DNA from: an uncultured Gemmatimonadales bacterium
GTDB lineage: Bacteria; Gemmatimonadota; Gemmatimonadetes; Longimicrobiales; RSA9
Direction of reading: 5' to 3'
Length of the DNA stretch: 64,000 bases
NCBI GenBank assembly: GCA_963741945.1
Contig: CAVUKA010000001.1
Coordinates: 736,001 to 800,000 of the forward strand
The notes under the pieces are model-generated. The model was not told the DNA's origin, ran no database searches, and was given only the letters and a program-made list of their open reading frames with translations. The position numbers and the translations under genes were made by a program. The first letter of the stretch is position 1, and each line of letters starts with the position of its first letter. Positions 41,659 through 52,742 of this stretch are shown here, piece by piece.

Positions 41659-43251
<1,593 letters not shown>

Positions 43252-43292
43252 AGCCCCGGATGGTCGCGGAAACGAAGCTCGAGATCAAGCCA

Positions 43293-44063
43293 TCAGTGGC
43301 CGCCGACCCGGACGCTCAGGCGCAGCGTGCTCGACACGGGGATGCCGTCGTGGAGGCGGGGTGCGTACTCCCAGTCGCGCGGAAATTCGATCAGGTACTG
43401 GTCGATGGTGTGATACCCCGTGGGGTGCGGCAGCTGCACGTCCATGACACGGCCCTGCTCGTCCAGGCTGATGAGCACATCGAAGCGGCGCCCCCGGTTC
43501 TCCAGGTACTCCACGTATTCCCGGCTGGTCAGCATCGGGAGGCGAATTCCCGGGAGGCGGCGCAACGGGTACGCGTCGCAGACCACCGACGGCAGCACGG
43601 CATCCAGGCGCCCGGCCACCAGCCGCAGCTGCACGCCCGAGCCCCCGCGCCAGTCCTCGACCAGCGACTCCTGCAGCAGGTGCACCAGCTCCGCCGTCTG
43701 GACCGGCGCCATGGTGCTGGACAGGACCCGGACCCAGTCCAGCCGGCCATCGTCCGCGTACCGCAACGACAGCAGCACCGTATCTCCGGGCGCATCGGCG
43801 GCGCCGCGGGCCCAGAGCGCGATGTTCCCGGCCGTCCCCGCTCGCGCCAGGTCGGTCAGCGCGGGCACTTCACCACGCCGGCCCACGTGATCACAGCGAC
43901 GTCCTGTCACACCCGGAACAGCAAAGCTCGCCGGTACCGGCTCCTGTTCCGGCCGCGGCCCACCCCCGCACGCGCTCGCCAGTGCCGGCAGGACCAGCAC
44001 CATCGTCGCCAACGGCGCGCGAAGACTGGCCGCGCGCCGAAGCCGTCGCCGGCTCCACTCCAT
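43293..44063 (-). CDS. lipoprotein with TonB C-terminal-like domain
   Basis: LASAC lipobox; ISLDEQGRVMDV...TG...ID...WEYAP...DGIPV; start uncertain. Confidence 0.6.
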   Translation of the reverse strand: MEWSRRRLRRAASLRAPLATMVLVLPALASACGGGPRPEQEPVPASFAVPGVTGRRCDHVGRRGEVPALTDLARAGTAGNIALWARGAADAPGDTVLLSLRYADDGRLDWVRVLSSTMAPVQTAELVHLLQESLVEDWRGGSGVQLRLVAGRLDAVLPSVVCDAYPLRRLPGIRLPMLTSREYVEYLENRGRRFDVLISLDEQGRVMDVQLPHPTGYHTIDQYLIEFPRDWEYAPRLHDGIPVSSTLRLSVRVGGH

Positions 44064-44165
44064 CGGTATCAATAGCATACAGTATGGTGGCGCACTGCGG
44101 GCCGCCGTTCAAGGCCGACGCCGCCCCACTCGACTCCGCTTTCCTGCGCCGCCACCACGAGCGGC

Positions 44166-44194
44166 TTGCGGCCACGCCCGTGCTGGACTACGCT
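44166..44194 (+). promoter_or_regulatory. sigma70-like promoter of cold-shock gene
   Basis: TTGCGG-N17-TACGCT, implying a ~110-nt 5' UTR. Confidence 0.45.
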
Positions 44195-44308
44195 GGATGC
44201 GCCGATCGCGGGACCCGGGGAACGGCTCCGGGGTCGCCGCGCGAAGCACGATCCTTGCGACGCTTCCCCGCGACAGTTCACCCACAGCCCACAGGTACAG
44301 AGCAAATC

Positions 44309-44527
44309 ATGGCGCGAGAGACCGGTACAGTCGTGCGATTCATGGACGACAAGGGTTACGGCTTCATCCAGCCCGACAAGGGCGGCAAGGACGTCTTCGT
44401 TCACCACTCCAGCATCGAGGGAAGCGGCTTCAAGTCCCTCGCGCAGGGCGAGCGGGTCGAGTACGAGCTGGTGCAGGATCCGAAGGGTCCGCGGGCAGAG
44501 AACGTCGTCCGAGTGGAAGAGGGCTAA
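44309..44527 (+). CDS. cold-shock protein
   Basis: KGYGFI, DVFVHHS, GFKSL, KGPRAENV. Confidence 0.95.
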   Translation: MARETGTVVRFMDDKGYGFIQPDKGGKDVFVHHSSIEGSGFKSLAQGERVEYELVQDPKGPRAENVVRVEEG

Positions 44528-44586
44528 GCTTACAGCCCCGGGCCTGCCTCCGACGTCGGCAGGCCACTTCATCCGCTTCCGCTTTC

Positions 44587-44623
44587 CTCACGGGCACGCG
44601 CAGGGGATGCGTGTGCCCGTGAG
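44587..44623 (+). terminator. 16-bp stem hairpin downstream of csp
   Basis: CTCACGGGCACGCGCA-GGGGA-TGCGTGTGCCCGTGAG. Confidence 0.5.
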
Positions 44624-44733
44624 CGACGTCTGTTCTGCCCGCCCATGGGAGCCGGATGCGGTGGGAGCGCCGGGGCCCCGCCCTCGGTGATGGTGCTCGC
44701 CGCGGCCCGGTCGGCTGGCTAGAATCCCGCCCC

Positions 44734-46053
44734 ATGCCGAATCGGATCCGCACCTCCCTTGGCCGCGCCTTCCGCGCGCTCCGGCGACGAAACTACAGGC
44801 TGCTGTTCGTCGGTCAGGCCATCTCCCTGACGGGGACGTGGATGCAGCAGCTGGCGTTGAGCTGGCTGGTCTATCGGCTGACCGGCTCCGCCTTCTTCCT
44901 CGGGCTGGTGGCGTTCGCGGGCCAGTTGCCCGGGTTCGTCATTGCCCCGCTGGCCGGGGTGCTGGCGGACCGGTGGAACCGTCACCGCATCGTGATGACC
45001 ACGCAGAGCCTCGGAATGGTGCAGGCCGTGGCCATTACGGTCCTGGTCCTCGGCGGCTGGGTCCAGGTCTGGCACATCGTGGCGCTGGCAGCATTGCTCG
45101 GCGTGGTCACGGGCGTGGACATACCGGCGCGCCAGGCGCTGTTCGTCGACCTCGTCGAAGGCGACCGCGAAGACCTCGCCAATGCCATCGCGCTGAACTC
45201 CTCCCTGTTCAATGCGACCCGCCTGATCGGTCCATCGCTTGGCGGCTTCCTCATCGCCGAGCTGGGGGAAGGTCCGGTCTTCGCGATCAATGCGGTCAGC
45301 TATGTGGCCGTGATCGCGAGCCTCGCCGCCATGCGGCTGCCCCCGCTGGTGCCGGGGGCCGCCACGGGGAGCGTGCTGGAGCGCCTGCGCGAGGGCTTCG
45401 GCTACGCCGCCGAGTTCCAGCCCATACGGGCGTTGCTCCTACATCTCGGCGCCGTGGCGCTCGTGGGTATGCCGTACGTGGTACTGCTCCCCGTTTTCGC
45501 CGACACTGTGCTCGGCGGCGGTGCACGCACCCTCGGGTTGCTCATGTCCGGCGCGGGGCTGGGGGCGCTCATCGGCGCGCTCTGGCTGGCGACGCGGCCC
45601 AGCGTGCGCGGCTTGAGCCTCGTCATCACCGTCGCCGCAGCCGTGTTCGGTGTGGGGCTGGTCTGCTTTTCTGCCAGTCGCGCGCTCCCGCTGTCCATGG
45701 CGCTCCTCGTGGTCACGGGCGGCGGAATGATGGTCATGTCCGCGTCCACCAACACCGTCCTCCAGACTGTGGTGCCGCCCGCTCTCCGCGGCCGCGTCAT
45801 GAGCCTTTACACCATGGCATTCATGGGCATGGGGACGATAGGCTCTCTCGCGGCCGGCTGGCTCGCGACGCGCTTTGGCGCACCGCCCACCGTGGCACTC
45901 GGAGGCCTCGGCTGCATCGCCGCCGCAGCCTGGTTCGCCCGACAACGCGCCGCGCTGCGGGACCATGTCCGTCCCATCTACCGGGAGCTCGGCATCATAC
46001 CCGAAGTCGCTTCCGGCCTCCTCAACGCGAGCGAGTTGCGAACGCGAGGCTGA
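44734..46053 (+). CDS. MFS transporter (MFS_3/EntS-like)
   Basis: GQAISLTGTWMQ, GVLADRWNR, NAIALNS, LRGRVMS. Confidence 0.9.
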   Translation: MPNRIRTSLGRAFRALRRRNYRLLFVGQAISLTGTWMQQLALSWLVYRLTGSAFFLGLVAFAGQLPGFVIAPLAGVLADRWNRHRIVMTTQSLGMVQAVAITVLVLGGWVQVWHIVALAALLGVVTGVDIPARQALFVDLVEGDREDLANAIALNSSLFNATRLIGPSLGGFLIAELGEGPVFAINAVSYVAVIASLAAMRLPPLVPGAATGSVLERLREGFGYAAEFQPIRALLLHLGAVALVGMPYVVLLPVFADTVLGGGARTLGLLMSGAGLGALIGALWLATRPSVRGLSLVITVAAAVFGVGLVCFSASRALPLSMALLVVTGGGMMVMSASTNTVLQTVVPPALRGRVMSLYTMAFMGMGTIGSLAAGWLATRFGAPPTVALGGLGCIAAAAWFARQRAALRDHVRPIYRELGIIPEVASGLLNASELRTRG

Positions 46054-46281
46054 CGGCCGGGAGCGACGCCCCCGATACCGGACGTTCCGCGGCGATGATC
46101 GGCCCCCAGCGCATCGCAGGAGCGGCCGGGTGCGGCCGGCGAGGCACGGTGCGGCCGGCGAGGCCAAGTGTGGCCGACAAAGTCCGGTGCGGTCTGTCGG
46201 TACGAAGGACGACGAGGGTGCAAGCACAGCCCCCGGGCGAGCGGCCGCGCTGTCGCGCTCTCCGGAGGCCACCAGGCTGTC

Positions 46282-47694
46282 GGGTTCTGTTTGCAGGAGT
46301 TGTTGGACCCCTCTTCCGATGATCTCCCATGAGCCTGTGCGGTGGGGTTCTGTTGGCGGGCATTGTTGGGATCACACGACGCGGTCTGCCGCCCCACGCT
46401 CGCAGCACGGAGGAGAATGTCCCCCCTAGCCATGGAAGTGCCCGGCGCGGCGAGGCACAGTGCTCCCCATGGCGCACCGCCCACCCCTTTCCTCACGGAG
46501 CATCCGTGCCGAGCCAGGCACGATCCGACGATGCGCACCAATGCCGCCGTTGGTGCCAACGCCGCACCGCGCTGTCAATCGGCCGCGCTGCGATCTCTTC
46601 CCGCAGCTGCGGCTGCAGTCGATCCCATTCCCGTTCAATGAGTTTCGCCGGACCGCCTTCGGCCATCGACGGCCCTGCCCCCGCTGCGGCGGGATCCGCG
46701 TATACGGGTGGGGCGGATTCCGCGGACGTCGTCGCTTTCGCTGTGTCGCATGCGGCCGCACATTCAGCGACTTCACCGGCACGCCGCTCCAACACCTGAA
46801 ACGCCTGGACCGCTGGCTCCCCTTCTGCGCTGTGTTCGGCATGGGACTGACCGTCCGTCGCACAGCCAGCCTCCTGGGCATCGACCCGACGACATCGTTT
46901 CGCTGGCGACACCGCCTCCTCGGCCCCGTCGTCGCCAGCGAGCATTATCCGCTCTCCGGGTTCGTGGATTGGGGCGATGCCTGGTTCACGTTCTCCGAGA
47001 AGGGCAGCCGAAGGCTCGATCGCCCGGCGAGGCGGCGGGCGCCACCTTTCTGGAGCGGCGGCGAGCCGCGCACATACGTGCTCCTGGCCAACGACAGCCA
47101 GGGGCGCGCCGTTGGGCGGCACGTTGGAGCGCGGCGGCCGGGGCGGACCACGGTGCTGGAGCTCGTGATCCCGCGCGTTGCGCCGGGTACTACGCTGCTC
47201 ACCGAGTGCGGACCGTTCGGGGACGGCGCCCGCATCGCCCGGCTCACGGGATTGCCCTGGCGCTGGCGACGCAAGCTCGATCGCGCCACCGCCCCATCCC
47301 TCGAGCCGCTCCGGGTCTACACCTCCCGCCTGAAACGGTGGATGCGGCCATTTCACGGGGTCGCGACGCGCTACCTCGATCACTACCTCGGGTGGTTCAG
47401 GCTCGTCGACGGTCCGCTCGTTGAAGCCGGCGACCCGGTCCCGGCGGCGCTCATCCTGTCCTCCGGCCGCTTCCCCTGACCTGCCGGCAGGGTCCTCGGC
47501 GGCGGATGCCGGATCCGAGGATTGGAGGGCGGCCAGAGGGGTTCAGGTCGCCCGCCAGGCACGCCAGCAGGTTGGATCGGCCGCCAGCGTCGGGGTCCAG
47601 GCCGCGCACCCCACAATTCCCGCGAACAGAACCCCATGGGGCTGATCGCCGACGCTGCCCCACTGCCCCAACAACTCCCGCCAACAGAACCCCA
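46282..47694. mobile_element. IS1595 (ISPna2-like) derived element with doubled inverted ends
   Basis: Motif copies at 46282-46306 and 46345-46369 (+), 47610-47634 and 47668-47692 (-); 46343-46370 vs 47667-47694 match 26/28; no target duplication seen. Confidence 0.75.
46541..47479 (+). CDS. IS1595-family transposase homolog, catalytic residues apparently lost
   Basis: Zn ribbon CPRC...CVACGRTF, TGTPL, HTH TSFRWRHRLL, SRLKRWMRPFHGVATRYLDHYLGWF; start uncertain. Confidence 0.82.
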   Translation: MPPLVPTPHRAVNRPRCDLFPQLRLQSIPFPFNEFRRTAFGHRRPCPRCGGIRVYGWGGFRGRRRFRCVACGRTFSDFTGTPLQHLKRLDRWLPFCAVFGMGLTVRRTASLLGIDPTTSFRWRHRLLGPVVASEHYPLSGFVDWGDAWFTFSEKGSRRLDRPARRRAPPFWSGGEPRTYVLLANDSQGRAVGRHVGARRPGRTTVLELVIPRVAPGTTLLTECGPFGDGARIARLTGLPWRWRRKLDRATAPSLEPLRVYTSRLKRWMRPFHGVATRYLDHYLGWFRLVDGPLVEAGDPVPAALILSSGRFP

Positions 47695-47837
47695 GTGAAT
47701 CGAGGGGTTGGCCTCCACCTCCGCTGGGCTTAGGGTGCGATATCATGAGTGCCCGGGGCGGATCGCCGGGGGCCCGCGTCTGGTCGCCGAGCTGGCAGGC
47801 GCGGCGATATCCCAACGCTCGGAGGAGAAACCGAACG

Positions 47838-48032
47838 ATGGCGGAGATCGAGTACGAACGCGAGAACGAGCGCGTGGTCATTGCCAGGCAGGATGGTGAG
47901 GAGGTCGCCCGGATCGTAGAGGTCCCCGGCACGAACGTGACGAGCTTCCGCATGAAGGATGGCAGCAAGCGCGGCGATCGGGTGGCCGACCTGGAGGAGG
48001 CCAAGAAGCGGATCGAGAGCTACCTCAGCTGA
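47838..48032 (+). CDS. small hypothetical protein (64 aa)
   Basis: GGAGGAG RBS, strongly biased codon usage, hairpin after stop. Confidence 0.7.
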   Translation: MAEIEYERENERVVIARQDGEEVARIVEVPGTNVTSFRMKDGSKRGDRVADLEEAKKRIESYLS

Positions 48033-48036
48033 CCGG

Positions 48037-48070
48037 AGTCACGGGCCCCCGAGCCTCGGGGGCCAGACTC
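48037..48070. terminator. hairpin between convergent genes
   Basis: GAGTC..GGCCCCCGAG/CTCGGGGGCC..GACTC. Confidence 0.5.
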
Positions 48071-48088
48071 GCCCCTGACGACGGCGGC

Positions 48089-48718
48089 TCAGGCAACTTC
48101 CGGCGTGATGATGTCGACCGCGCGCCAGCAGTACCAGGCGACGGCGCTCCTCCACGGCCGATAGCCGACCCCGATCCATTCCATCTCTTTCGGCGCCGGC
48201 GGCGCTTCCAGCCCCAGCACGCGGGCCATCCCGGCACGCACACCCAGATCGCCCACGGGCCATACGTCCGGGCGCCGGAGATCGAATAGCAGGTACATCT
48301 GGGCGGTCCATGGCCCAATGCCGCGAACACGCGTAAGCCTGGCGACCACTTCAGCGTCCGTGAGATCGTCCAGGTCACCGAGCGGTACGTCGCCGGAAAG
48401 CGACCGGGCGGCCAGGTCCTGGATCGCCGCGGCTTTCGCCCCGGACAGTCCGGCGGCGCGCAGCACTCCGTCGCCCGCGCCCAGCACGGACTCCGGCGAA
48501 ACGTCGCCGTCGAGCGCCGAGACGAAGCGGCCGTGGACGGTGCGCGCGGCCGCGCCAGCCAACTGCTGATACACGATCGCCGCCGACAGCGACTGGAACG
48601 CGTCACCCCTGGGCGGCCGCAGCCGAACCGGTCCCACCCGCTCCACCAGCGGACCGAATCCGGGATCCCCGCGCAGTCGCTCTGTCGCCTCCGGCCAGAC
48701 CGTCACCTCTTCATTCAT
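48089..48718 (-). CDS. DNA-3-methyladenine glycosylase II family (AlkA-like)
   Basis: IVYQQL, GLSGAK, VRGIGPWTA (HhH), PVGDLGV, PWRS. Confidence 0.92.
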   Translation of the reverse strand: MNEEVTVWPEATERLRGDPGFGPLVERVGPVRLRPPRGDAFQSLSAAIVYQQLAGAAARTVHGRFVSALDGDVSPESVLGAGDGVLRAAGLSGAKAAAIQDLAARSLSGDVPLGDLDDLTDAEVVARLTRVRGIGPWTAQMYLLFDLRRPDVWPVGDLGVRAGMARVLGLEAPPAPKEMEWIGVGYRPWRSAVAWYCWRAVDIITPEVA

Positions 48719-48905
48719 CCGGCGCCTTTCGTTCACTCGGCGTCCCATCGGGGGCCGAAAATGAAGCCGAGTGGACCCGGTCGCAACGGCCCCACGCCAG
48801 ACCGGCGGGGGAGAGCCGCGGGATCCCGAGGCGTTTGCCGCCGATCTCCCCTGCCCGCATCTTCCACGCTCCAACTGAACGATCCGAGACTTTTCGAGAG
48901 GAATC

Positions 48906-51164
48906 ATGCGACACCGTCTCGTCACCTTCGCGGCGCTGGCCGGCGCCGCGGCCTTAACGGCGTGCGGCGGCGGAGCCGTACGCGCTCCGGCAGCCATGAG
49001 CTCGCCCGTCCCTGCCCGCTCGAACGTGTACGCCCCGGATTCGCTGACCCGGGCCGATTACGCACGGGCCGAGCAGTTCCTGCCGGGGAACCTCCAGGAC
49101 AGCGTTTTCGGGACGCGCGTCTCACCTACGTGGCTTCCCGATGGCCGCGTCTGGTATCGGCACCCCACGCCATCCGGCGAGCAGGTCGTGGTGGTGACAC
49201 CGTCCACGGGTGACGTCGAGCGCCTGAGCGCCGATGATTCCCGCGCTCGGGCGCTCGCACCGGCGGACACAGGATGGGCGGCGTCGGACGACGGCAGGGC
49301 ATGGCTCCGGAACGCGGTGGTGTCGCCGGATGGGAAGTGGGCCGCGTTCCTGCAGGATCACGACCTGTGGCTCCGCGACCTCGCCACCCAGCGCGATTAC
49401 CCGCTGACCACGAACGGCGAGGACGGGTACGGCTACGCCACCAACAACGCCGGCTGGGTGCGGAGCGACCGCCCGGTGCTCCGCTGGTCGCCGGACTCCC
49501 GTCGCATCGCGACATTCCGCCACGACGCCCGTGGCGTGGGCCGCATGGTCGTGGCGCACACCCGCGCAGGACATCCGGTGGTGGACTCGTGGCGCTATCC
49601 CCTGCCCGAAGACACGGTGATCTTCCGCATCGAGCGGCTGGTGGTGGACGTTTCGAACCCCGCGTCGCCTTCCGTGGTCCGCTTCAAGATGCCCCCCGAC
49701 CCACACCGCTCCTCGGTATGCGACCACGTGTACTGCAATGGCACCTTCGCGGACCTGGAGTGGACGCCGGATGGCCGGCGCGTGGCGTTCGTCTCCACCT
49801 CCCGCGACCACAAGCGAGCCACGCTGAGGGTGGCCGACGCCGTCACCGGCAATGTCCGGACCGTCCTGGAAGAAACCTCGCCGACATTCCTCGAGACCGG
49901 CTACGACCGCTGGAACTGGCGGCTCCTTCCCGACAGCCACGAGGTGATCTGGTACTCGCGGCGCGACGATTGGGGCAAGCTCTACCTGTACGACCTGGAC
50001 TCCGGCGATCTGAAGCACGCGATCGGCCCCGGTCACTACAATGTTCTGGACGTGCTGCGCGTGGATCCCGATACGCGCACCCTCTGGTTCGTGGCCGACG
50101 GCGCTCGGGACGGAAACCCGTACTTCACCGATTTCTACCGCGTCAGCCTCGACGGCGGGGCGCCAACCCTGCTCACCGCCGAGAGCGCGAATCACGAGAT
50201 CTCCCTGTCGCCGGACGGCCGCTGGTTCGTGGACAGCTATTCGACCCCCACGGAGCCGCCCGCTACCGTGCTGCGCGACACGCGCGACGGCCGCATCGTC
50301 GCCCGGCTGGAGAAGGCTGACGTCTCTCGCCTCCTCGCCGCCGGCTGGCAACCTCCGATGCCGTTCACCGTGAAAGCCAGGGATGGGAAGACAGACCTGT
50401 ACGGCCTGCTGTTCCGGCCCACGCGCTTCGATCCCTCGAAGAAGTACCCTGTGATCAACTACGTGTACCCTGGCCCGCAGAGCGGGAGCGTGAGTACGTG
50501 GGGGTGGAGCGCCGCGCGCCGCGATCACCAGTCGCTGGCGGAGCTCGGATTCGTCGTGGTGGCGCTGAACGCCATGGGGGGGCCGATGCGCACGCAGTCG
50601 TTCCAGGCCACCTACTACGGCGACATGGGTGACAACGGGCTCCCGGACCAGATCGCGGGGATTGAGCAGCTGGCCGAGCGCTACCCGTGGATGGACCTGG
50701 ATCGCGTCGGCATCTGGGGACACTCGGGCGGCGGGTTCGCATCCACCAATGCCATCCTCCGGTACCCGGACTTCTACAAGGTGGCAGTCAGCGAGGCAGG
50801 AAATCACGACAACCGGGTGTATGAGGACGACTGGGGGGAGAAGTGGCAGGGGCTGCTTCGCGACCTCGGCGATGGCACGACGACCTACGACAACCAGGCG
50901 AACCAGCGCCTCGCGGGCAACCTGAAGGGGAAGCTGTTGCTGGCCCATGGCGCCGTGGACGACAACGTGCCGTACTTCAACACCCTGCTCGTGGTCCAGG
51001 CGCTGATCGACGCCAACAAGGACTTCGACCTGATCATCTTCCCGGACCAGCGACACGGGTTCGCCATGACGCCGTACATGATCCGGCGACGTTGGGACTA
51101 CTTCGTCCGGAACCTGCTCGGGGCCGAGCCACCGGCCGGGTACGAGATCGGCGCGGAACGCTAA
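48906..51164 (+). CDS. S9 family dipeptidyl peptidase IV-like lipoprotein
   Basis: LTAC lipobox, YPGP, GHSGGG, HGAVDDNV, QRHG. Confidence 0.93.
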   Translation: MRHRLVTFAALAGAAALTACGGGAVRAPAAMSSPVPARSNVYAPDSLTRADYARAEQFLPGNLQDSVFGTRVSPTWLPDGRVWYRHPTPSGEQVVVVTPSTGDVERLSADDSRARALAPADTGWAASDDGRAWLRNAVVSPDGKWAAFLQDHDLWLRDLATQRDYPLTTNGEDGYGYATNNAGWVRSDRPVLRWSPDSRRIATFRHDARGVGRMVVAHTRAGHPVVDSWRYPLPEDTVIFRIERLVVDVSNPASPSVVRFKMPPDPHRSSVCDHVYCNGTFADLEWTPDGRRVAFVSTSRDHKRATLRVADAVTGNVRTVLEETSPTFLETGYDRWNWRLLPDSHEVIWYSRRDDWGKLYLYDLDSGDLKHAIGPGHYNVLDVLRVDPDTRTLWFVADGARDGNPYFTDFYRVSLDGGAPTLLTAESANHEISLSPDGRWFVDSYSTPTEPPATVLRDTRDGRIVARLEKADVSRLLAAGWQPPMPFTVKARDGKTDLYGLLFRPTRFDPSKKYPVINYVYPGPQSGSVSTWGWSAARRDHQSLAELGFVVVALNAMGGPMRTQSFQATYYGDMGDNGLPDQIAGIEQLAERYPWMDLDRVGIWGHSGGGFASTNAILRYPDFYKVAVSEAGNHDNRVYEDDWGEKWQGLLRDLGDGTTTYDNQANQRLAGNLKGKLLLAHGAVDDNVPYFNTLLVVQALIDANKDFDLIIFPDQRHGFAMTPYMIRRRWDYFVRNLLGAEPPAGYEIGAER

Positions 51165-51251
51165 CATCGACGCGACGCGGAAGGGGGCGTCCGGTGGGCG
51201 GCGGCCGGGCGCCCTCCCGCGCTCGACGGCTTCGCATCAGCAGGAGGTGGG

Positions 51252-51845
51252 ATGGACGACACGAAAGGGCGATCGGTCCCGACTCGCGGGATCGAGGTCT
51301 GGCTCCCCGAGTGGGTGCACGAAGCCATGCCGGCGGCGGGCGTCCTCGAGTCTGTCGAGGACCGCATGCGCCTGGTGATCGAGCTGTCGCGTGAGAACGT
51401 GCTCCGCCGCGAGGGAGGCCCGTTCGCGGCAGCCGTATTCGAACGAGACACGGGTCGGCTGGTCAGTGTGGGGTTGAACAGCGTCGAGCGACTGAGGAAC
51501 TCCGCGCTCCACGCCGAGATGACGGCCCTCATGTTCGCGCAGCAGCGCCTTGGTGTGTTCACGCTTGCGGCAGAGGGCCTGCCGGCGCACGAGCTGGTGT
51601 CCTCGTGCGCCCCATGCGCCATGTGCCTGGGCGCCGTTCTGTGGAGCGGCGTGCGGAGGCTGGTTTGGGGCGCGGGGCGTGAAGATGCCCTCCGGATCCA
51701 GTTCGACGAGGGCCCGGTCTTTCCGGAGTCCATCCGCTACGTGGAGGAGCGAGGCGTCGAGATGATGCCGCACGTTCTGCGCGAGGAAGCCCGCGCGGTC
51801 CTGCAGCTCTATGCCGGGCGTGGCGGGCTCATCTACAACGGGTAG
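51252..51845 (+). CDS. nucleoside deaminase (CDA/TadA/guanine deaminase fold)
   Basis: GGPFAA, HAE, PCAMC. Confidence 0.9.
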   Translation: MDDTKGRSVPTRGIEVWLPEWVHEAMPAAGVLESVEDRMRLVIELSRENVLRREGGPFAAAVFERDTGRLVSVGLNSVERLRNSALHAEMTALMFAQQRLGVFTLAAEGLPAHELVSSCAPCAMCLGAVLWSGVRRLVWGAGREDALRIQFDEGPVFPESIRYVEERGVEMMPHVLREEARAVLQLYAGRGGLIYNG

Positions 51846-51862
51846 ACCGGGGCGCGCGCCCG

Positions 51863-51948
51863 GCGCTCTGTTCGCGGGAGTTGTTGGACACGCGCGCTCC
51901 GAGGTCGGACACGGCCGGCGGCGGGGCGCTGTTCGCGGGAGTTGTTGG
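51863..51948 (+). repeat. tandem pair of the 25-bp IS1595-end-like motif
   Basis: GCGCTCTGTTCGCGGGAGTTGTTGG (51863-51887) and GGGCGCTGTTCGCGGGAGTTGTTGG (51924-51948), 36-nt spacer. Confidence 0.88.
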
Positions 51949-51964
51949 GCCACCCATCACCCCC

Positions 51965-52711
51965 TCACGGCGCCACCGCTCCGTAAAGCCGCGGCAGATC
52001 CTGCACCGTCACGATTCCCAGCAGTTTCTCCGATGACGCGCCGGTGGACGTGACGAGCACCGCCTCCAGCCGCCGGCCGCGCGCCGGCGCTTCCGTGAAC
52101 AGTCGCACCACGTCCGCCACCAGGCGGTCGCGCGACACGAGGTCGAAGCGCTTCACCCCGTTCCCGAACTCCAGGACCTCCCGCACGGGCTCCTCGTGAA
52201 GGGTGTCAAGCGGCCCGGCCAGCTTCGTGGCGATCCAGCGCGCAATGGCATGGGCGGTGAGCAGGCCGATCAGCTCGTCGCCGGCGTACACGGGCAGTCG
52301 CGTGAACCCGCCCTTCACCATCCGCTCCGCGGCTTCCCCGATCGGGTCCTCCGCCGAGCAGGTCACCACCGGTCGGGACATGGCCTCGTCGATCCGAGGG
52401 GGGTGGACGAGCAGGGCGACGATGGCGTCGAGCCGCTCCACCGTCGCACCGTGCGGCTCCGCGATCACGTACCCGCCGCCCCTGTCGTGGACGATGGCGT
52501 TCCGCAGGTCGGCGAACTCCAGCAGGTCCTCTTCGACCGCCCGCACGACGACGTTGCGTTTCGCCGCCTGCCTCACCATCCAGCGGAACGAGTCCTTGGA
52601 CGACGTCCCCAGCATCCGCTTCAACGCGTCTTCCGCCTGTGCGAACGCGATCAGGAATCGATCAGAATTCGTCTCGGCCACGGCCCCCTCACCGTCGGTT
52701 TCGGCAATCAC
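51965..52711 (-). CDS. CBS domain protein
   Basis: LRNAIVH N-terminal motif, FTRLPV...GLLT, LLGIVTVQDL. Confidence 0.85.
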   Translation of the reverse strand: MIAETDGEGAVAETNSDRFLIAFAQAEDALKRMLGTSSKDSFRWMVRQAAKRNVVVRAVEEDLLEFADLRNAIVHDRGGGYVIAEPHGATVERLDAIVALLVHPPRIDEAMSRPVVTCSAEDPIGEAAERMVKGGFTRLPVYAGDELIGLLTAHAIARWIATKLAGPLDTLHEEPVREVLEFGNGVKRFDLVSRDRLVADVVRLFTEAPARGRRLEAVLVTSTGASSEKLLGIVTVQDLPRLYGAVAP

Positions 52712-52742
52712 GGCCGCAACATACGACGCCCGACGCCGTCGG

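Noticed and set aside
46282-51948. Canonical CRISPR array
   Set aside because: Only two repeats per unit, repeats vary, orientations are inverted around a transposase homolog, and no cas genes are in the window
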